64,000 bases of DNA from Solirubrobacterales bacterium (lineage in GTDB: Bacteria > Actinomycetota > Thermoleophilia > Solirubrobacterales > JACPNS01). The stretch is from NCBI GenBank assembly GCA_051306435.1, contig JBPPNF010000052.1:4906-68905 (forward strand), read 5' to 3'. The position numbers and the translations under genes were made by a program. Under the pieces are notes generated by a model. It was not told the DNA's origin, ran no database searches, and saw only the letters and a list, made by a program, of their open reading frames with translations. Below, piece after piece: positions 59,159-64,000 of this stretch (position 1 is its first letter; the number at the start of each line of letters is the position of its first letter).

Positions 59159-61072
59159 CTAGGACTCGGGTAACGCGGATTCGGTGGTCAGTCCGGCCGC
59201 GGCCTGAACGAGATCCGCCAGCGCCTGCGGCTTTCCGACAACCATCAGGCGTTCTACCTCATCAAAGATTTCCTCGACGCGTGCCGGGTCCATCGTTTCG
59301 CGCTCAGCGCGGACGATCTTCTCCGCGGCCGTCGCCTGCGGGGTCTCGTCCGGGTTGTACAGATCCTCGTGCAGCTTCTCGCCCGGAGAAGGCGCCGTCA
59401 CGACGATCGGGATGTCGACATCCGGCTCAAGACCGGCAAGCGAAATCATGTTGCGCGCGAGGTCGATGATCTTGACCGGCTCGCCCATCTCCAGCACGAA
59501 GACCTCGCCGCCGTGGCCGAGGTCGCCGGCGCGGATGATCAACTGCACGGCCTCGGGGATCGTCATGAAGTAGCGGGTCATCTCCGGGTGGGTGACCGTG
59601 ACGGGACCGCCGCCGGCGATCTGACGGCGGAAGATCGGCACGACAGATCCCGAGGAACCGAGCACGTTTCCGAATCGCACCGAGCAGTAGGTCGTTCCCT
59701 CGTGGCGCGACTGCGCCGATTCGATCGCCCACTCGGCCAGCGCCTTGGAGGCACCCATCGTGGTCTTGGGCTTCACTGCCTTGTCGGTGCTGACCAGCAC
59801 GAAGCGGCGCACGCCTGCCTGCCCGGCGAGCTCGGCGACCGAGCGCGTGGCGATCGCGTTGTTGCGGATCGCCTCGACGGGGTTTTCCTGCATCAGCTGC
59901 ACGTGCTTGTAGGCGGCGGCGTGAAAGACGATCTCGGGCGTGAACTGCTCGAAGATCTGCTGCATGCGCGGGACGTCTTTGCAGTCTCCCAGCACTGCCT
60001 CCACGCTCCCGAAGTGACGATCGTCCTCGAGCTCGCGGCGGATGTTGAAGAGGTTGTCCTCAGCGTGGTCAACGAGGATGATCTTGCGCGGGCGCACCCG
60101 GGCGATCTGGCGGCAGAGCTCGGAGCCGATCGAGCCGCCGGCGCCGGTGACCATCACGACTTCGCCGGCGAGGTAGGCACCCATGCGGTCGAGCTGCATG
60201 ATGATCGGGTCGCGGCCGAGGATGTCTTCGACCTGGACTTCACGCAGCTGCTTGACAAGATTGACATCGCCGCGCAGCAGTTCGAAGACGGTCGGCAGCG
60301 TACGGACCGGGATGTCACGCTCGCGGCAGGCCGAAACGACGTTCTCCCTCAGCGAACCCGGTGCGGACGGGATCGCGATGATCACCTCGTCGGGCTCGGC
60401 CTCCTCGAGAATCTGCGGCAGCTGCTTGGTGCGACCGAGCACCTTCAGGCCGACCATGCGCGCACCGGCCTTGCGCGGGTCGTCGTCGATGAAGCCGATC
60501 GGTGTCTCACCGAGTTCGGGGTTGCGCAACATCTCGCGCGCGACCATCTGGCCGCCGTCGCCGGCTCCGACGATCAGAATCTCACGGCCGCTCGGAAGCT
60601 TGTATCCGCGCATCGGCTTCTCGACAACACTGCGCACGAGAAAGCGTGAGCCGCCGATCAGCAGCAGGGTGAGCAGGAAGTCGAATGCCGCGACCGACCG
60701 CGGCAGGGCGATGCCGTTCGGCTGGACCAGGAAGACGCCGCCGACAAGCAGCAGGCTTCCGAGCACGACGGCCTGGACCAGGCGCCGGAAGTCGTGCGAG
60801 TCGGTGTAACGCCACCACTTCGAGTAGCTGCCGAAGATCGCGAAGATCAAGACTTTGCCGACGACCGCAAATGGCAGCACGGTCCAGAAGAGATCCTCGT
60901 AGCGCGGTGGGATTCCGTCAACGCCAAAGCGCGCCGGGATCGAGCTGTTGAAGACCAGCCAGAACGCCCCGAAGAAGGCAAGCGAAACGAGCGTCGCGTC
61001 GGTGAGGAGCTGCTGCGCGCGGTGCAGCAGCACCGAACGCCGCATCCTGCGGGTCAGTCGGGCTCCGGGCAT
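59159..61072 (-). CDS. UDP-sugar 4,6-dehydratase (PglF/CapD/WbpM-like)
   Basis: TGAGGSIGSE, HAAAYKHV, STDKAV, RFGNVLGSSGSV, RYFMTIPEA. Confidence 0.95.
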   Translation of the reverse strand: MPGARLTRRMRRSVLLHRAQQLLTDATLVSLAFFGAFWLVFNSSIPARFGVDGIPPRYEDLFWTVLPFAVVGKVLIFAIFGSYSKWWRYTDSHDFRRLVQAVVLGSLLLVGGVFLVQPNGIALPRSVAAFDFLLTLLLIGGSRFLVRSVVEKPMRGYKLPSGREILIVGAGDGGQMVAREMLRNPELGETPIGFIDDDPRKAGARMVGLKVLGRTKQLPQILEEAEPDEVIIAIPSAPGSLRENVVSACRERDIPVRTLPTVFELLRGDVNLVKQLREVQVEDILGRDPIIMQLDRMGAYLAGEVVMVTGAGGSIGSELCRQIARVRPRKIILVDHAEDNLFNIRRELEDDRHFGSVEAVLGDCKDVPRMQQIFEQFTPEIVFHAAAYKHVQLMQENPVEAIRNNAIATRSVAELAGQAGVRRFVLVSTDKAVKPKTTMGASKALAEWAIESAQSRHEGTTYCSVRFGNVLGSSGSVVPIFRRQIAGGGPVTVTHPEMTRYFMTIPEAVQLIIRAGDLGHGGEVFVLEMGEPVKIIDLARNMISLAGLEPDVDIPIVVTAPSPGEKLHEDLYNPDETPQATAAEKIVRAERETMDPARVEEIFDEVERLMVVGKPQALADLVQAAAGLTTESALPES

Positions 61073-61120
61073 GGGAATGAGTCTACGGGGGGTCGGTCGG
61101 GATTTCCCGGCGGTGCACCC

Positions 61121-62134
61121 TCAGGTGCGCCGGGCAGCGCCCAGGGCAAGCTCCGCGAGAAATCGCGGATCGCGGCGGATCCGGTCGCTGCCCGGCGCCC
61201 CGCGCTTGACGATCTCCAGGCCGTCGAGGTTCTCGAGTCTGTTCAGCCGGCGGTCGGCGAGGAGTTCCTCGTCAACTGCTCCGAGCCGACCGGCGAAGGT
61301 CGTCCACACCGGCGTGCCAAGTGCGACGGCTTCGCGATTCATCGTGCCCCCGGCCCCGATCACCGCGTCAACCAACGCAACCAACGACGGCCCGTCGATT
61401 GCGCCCTCGGGAATCACTATGTTCGAGTGCGCGGCCTTCACGAGTTCATCGCGCTGCTCTGGCGTGCGCGGCAGCGCCACGACCTGGACGGTCTCATCTG
61501 CCGCCAGCAGCTCGATCAACCGCGGGAAGAGGTCGTTCTCAAGGCGGTGGTACAGCGACACATCCGGTGGTGTACGCAGCAGCACGAGCTTCTTGGATCG
61601 ATCAAGTCCGAGCTCGTCGAGCACCGACTCGTCCGGCTCAAAATCGCTCAGGTAATACTCCTCTTTCAGTCCCGGGTAGCCGAAGATCTTGCCCTTCGCG
61701 CCGTAGGAATAGAGTCGCTCCTCGGGGATCACGTCCGGCACGATCGTCCGCCTCGTGAAGCGGCAGTTGATCGCGTGCTGAAGCTTCGCCCATTCGTAGT
61801 CGAACATCGTCACGGCCGGGATGCCGCGCAGCTTGGCCGCGACGGTTATGTCGTTCGAGCCGTGCCCGATCGCAAGATCAAACTTCTTGCCGCGCGACCA
61901 GCGCAGCAGCGCGCCCGATCTGGAGAACAGTCCGACGGCCTTGCTCGCCGCATGTCCGCCACGGTGGTGGCCGATCGCAGTGTGCGGCATCTCGTAGCGC
62001 TCGAGCAGTGCGAGCGTCTGGGCGAAATCGCGCGCAGTCACCTCGACCTCATGGCCGTCGGCGCGCAGAACATCGATCACAGGTCGCAGCACGAGAACGT
62101 GCGGCGAGTTGGTCAGGTCAACCCAGACCTTCAT
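61121..62134 (-). CDS. DUF354 family protein (GT-B-like)
   Basis: WVDLTNSPHV, TARD, GLKEEYYL, GGTMNREAVALGTP. Confidence 0.85.
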   Translation of the reverse strand: MKVWVDLTNSPHVLVLRPVIDVLRADGHEVEVTARDFAQTLALLERYEMPHTAIGHHRGGHAASKAVGLFSRSGALLRWSRGKKFDLAIGHGSNDITVAAKLRGIPAVTMFDYEWAKLQHAINCRFTRRTIVPDVIPEERLYSYGAKGKIFGYPGLKEEYYLSDFEPDESVLDELGLDRSKKLVLLRTPPDVSLYHRLENDLFPRLIELLAADETVQVVALPRTPEQRDELVKAAHSNIVIPEGAIDGPSLVALVDAVIGAGGTMNREAVALGTPVWTTFAGRLGAVDEELLADRRLNRLENLDGLEIVKRGAPGSDRIRRDPRFLAELALGAARRT

Positions 62135-63220
62135 CTACCCGCGCACTGATGCCAGCGCTGCGATGACTGCCTGCACCTGCTCCTCACGCAGCGACGGGCT
62201 CATCGGCAGCGCGAGGTTGCGCGCGGCGGCGCGGTCGGTCGCCGGCAGATCGACCGACTGCTCGGTCGCCGGCTGGCGGTGGATCGGCGTGCGGTAGTAC
62301 CCGCGCGCCTCGACGGCGTGGTCGGAGAGCGCCGCGGCGAGGCTGTCAGGGTCGTCGTGCTGGACGACGTAAAGATGGTGAACGGGGATCGAGCCCTCGG
62401 GAACATGTTGCGGTACCGCGAACTCGGCTACGCCGGCGCTGGCATACGCGGCTGCGGCGTCCTGGCGACCCGCGTTCCAGCTGTCGATGTGCGGCAGCAA
62501 CACGCGCAGGAGCGCGGCCTGGATCGCGTCGAGCCGCGAGTTGTATCCGACGAGCGTGTGCAGCTGCTTGTTGGTCGTCCCGTGGTGGCGGAGCAGTCGG
62601 GCGGTCTCTTCGATCTGCGGGTCGCTGGTCGTGATGATCCCGGCGTCGCCGAAGGCGCCGAGGTTCTTCGACGGGAAGAAGCTGAAGGTCGCGACATCGC
62701 CGAGTGAGCCGGCGCGGGCGCCGTGCAGCGTGGCACCGACTGCCTGCGCAGCGTCCTCGACGATCTTGAAGTCGTGCTTGTCGGCCAGCAGGCGAAGCTG
62801 ATCGACCGGCGCGGGCAGCCCGAAGAGGTGCACGGCGACCACCGCCCTGGTGTTCGGCGTCAGCGCGGCGGCGACGGTTTCGGCGGTGACGTTCATCGTC
62901 GCGGGATCAACGTCGCAGTAGACGACGTTGGCGCCGATCGTCAGCGCCGCCTCGGCGCTGGCATAGAAGGTGAAGGACGGGACGACGACATCGTCGCCGG
63001 CCTCAACGCCGGCCGCAAGCAGTGCGATGCTCAACGCATCGGTGCCGTTGGCGACTCCGACCGCGTGTTCGGTACCGACGTAGTCGGCGAACTCGCGCTC
63101 GAACTCGGTGACCTCGGGGCCGAGGATGAAGCGTCCGCTGTCGAGCACGCGCTTGATCGCGTCGTCGAGCTGCGGTCGCAGCGGCTGCAGCTGGGTGCTG
63201 GTGTCGAAAAGCGGGATCAT
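62135..63220 (-). CDS. DegT/DnrJ/EryC1/StrS sugar aminotransferase
   Basis: FILGPEV, NGTDAL, EDAAQA, SFFPSKNLG, GYNSRLD. Confidence 0.96.
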   Translation of the reverse strand: MIPLFDTSTQLQPLRPQLDDAIKRVLDSGRFILGPEVTEFEREFADYVGTEHAVGVANGTDALSIALLAAGVEAGDDVVVPSFTFYASAEAALTIGANVVYCDVDPATMNVTAETVAAALTPNTRAVVAVHLFGLPAPVDQLRLLADKHDFKIVEDAAQAVGATLHGARAGSLGDVATFSFFPSKNLGAFGDAGIITTSDPQIEETARLLRHHGTTNKQLHTLVGYNSRLDAIQAALLRVLLPHIDSWNAGRQDAAAAYASAGVAEFAVPQHVPEGSIPVHHLYVVQHDDPDSLAAALSDHAVEARGYYRTPIHRQPATEQSVDLPATDRAAARNLALPMSPSLREEQVQAVIAALASVRG

Positions 63221-63876
63221 TCGGTGGGCTTCGTCTCGCGGTTCTTGTACAGGTACCAACCGATCCAGGCCAGCACCACTATCACCGCCACGACCACAAG
63301 CTTCTGGAAGGCACCGACATACTTCTCGACCTCGTCCCAGCGCGAACCGAGCTGGTATCCGGCCACGACCAGCGCAGTGTTCCAGATCAGGCTGCCCGCC
63401 GCGGTGTAGACCAGAAACAGCGAGAACTTCATGCGCTCGACCCCGGCGGGAATCGAGATGAGACTGCGGAAGATCGGGATCATGCGCCCGAAGAAGACGG
63501 TCTTGGTCTGGTGCTTGACGTACCAGTTCTCTGTTCGGTCGAGGTCGGTGATCTTCATCAACGGCATCTTCATGATGATCGCCCGGACGCGGTCGCGCCC
63601 GATCGCGTAGCCGATCCAATAGAGGACGGTCGCGCCGATCAGCGACCCGATCGTCGCCCAGAAGATCGCGCCCACCAATGTCATGTTCGCGTCTTCCTGG
63701 CCCGCGGTGAAGCCGGCGAGCGGAAGGATCAGCTCGCTCGGGATCGGCGGGAAGAGGTTCTCGGCGGCGACGGCGACGGCAACCCCGGGGCCGCCGATGC
63801 TCTCCATCAGGTCCACCAGCTTGCCGGCGATTCCGCCTATCTCGTCGCCCGTGGTGGTCAGAAACGGGAGGATCAT
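63217..63876 (-). CDS. DedA family protein
   Basis: ENLFPPIPSELILPLAG, FFGRMIPIFRSLISIPAG. Confidence 0.93.
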   Translation of the reverse strand: MILPFLTTTGDEIGGIAGKLVDLMESIGGPGVAVAVAAENLFPPIPSELILPLAGFTAGQEDANMTLVGAIFWATIGSLIGATVLYWIGYAIGRDRVRAIIMKMPLMKITDLDRTENWYVKHQTKTVFFGRMIPIFRSLISIPAGVERMKFSLFLVYTAAGSLIWNTALVVAGYQLGSRWDEVEKYVGAFQKLVVVAVIVVLAWIGWYLYKNRETKPTE

Positions 63877-63925
63877 GGCTGCGGCGCAGGTTAGCCGACC
63901 CCCTGCTGGCCGTAACCTCCCATGC

Positions 63926-64000
63926 GTGAGCGACACCGACCCACGTTTAGGCCTCGGCGAGGCACTGGCCTACGGACTTCTTCAAGGGCCGACTGAACTG
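63926..64000 (+). CDS. uppP: Undecaprenyl-diphosphatase (BacA/UppP), 5' fragment
   Basis: EALAYGLLQGPTEL matches the BacA QGxTE motif; cut by the window edge. Confidence 0.7.
   Translation, partial: MSDTDPRLGLGEALAYGLLQGPTEL

Overview
High-GC bacterial chromosome segment; gene content and the giant repeat protein suggest Actinomycetota, probably Thermoleophilia/Solirubrobacterales (inference). 1-13.9 kb: housekeeping block (rplY, pth, mfd, PrsA-like foldase, eno, FtsB/DivIC, csrA, thermonuclease, class I aldolase, rhomboid-like, YhhN-like). 13.9-18.4 kb: two tandem decayed elements at the 3' end of tRNA-Ala(CGC), carrying a DsrE/ArsR-rhodanese/SQR-like sulfur cassette, an IS256 fragment and the C-terminus of a large serine recombinase (LSR). 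18.5-28.1 kb: mixed metabolic and membrane genes. 28.3-64 kb: cell-surface polysaccharide cluster, interrupted by a 5.5-kaa secreted repeat protein and by a RAYT-type HUH transposase flanked by palindromes. Main observations: (i) a RAYT with 21-bp palindromes spaced 63 bp apart, plus gene-less arrays of two palindrome sequence types elsewhere; (ii) att arms of a tRNA-targeting LSR can be read directly, and excision would fuse the recombinase in frame to a winged-helix domain; (iii) the giant 12-unit protein with a Lys-rich tail; (iv) a 167-bp MITE inserted twice at CTAG stop codons of convergent genes; (v) widespread leaderless-type promoters. All calls are by eye, with no database searches.
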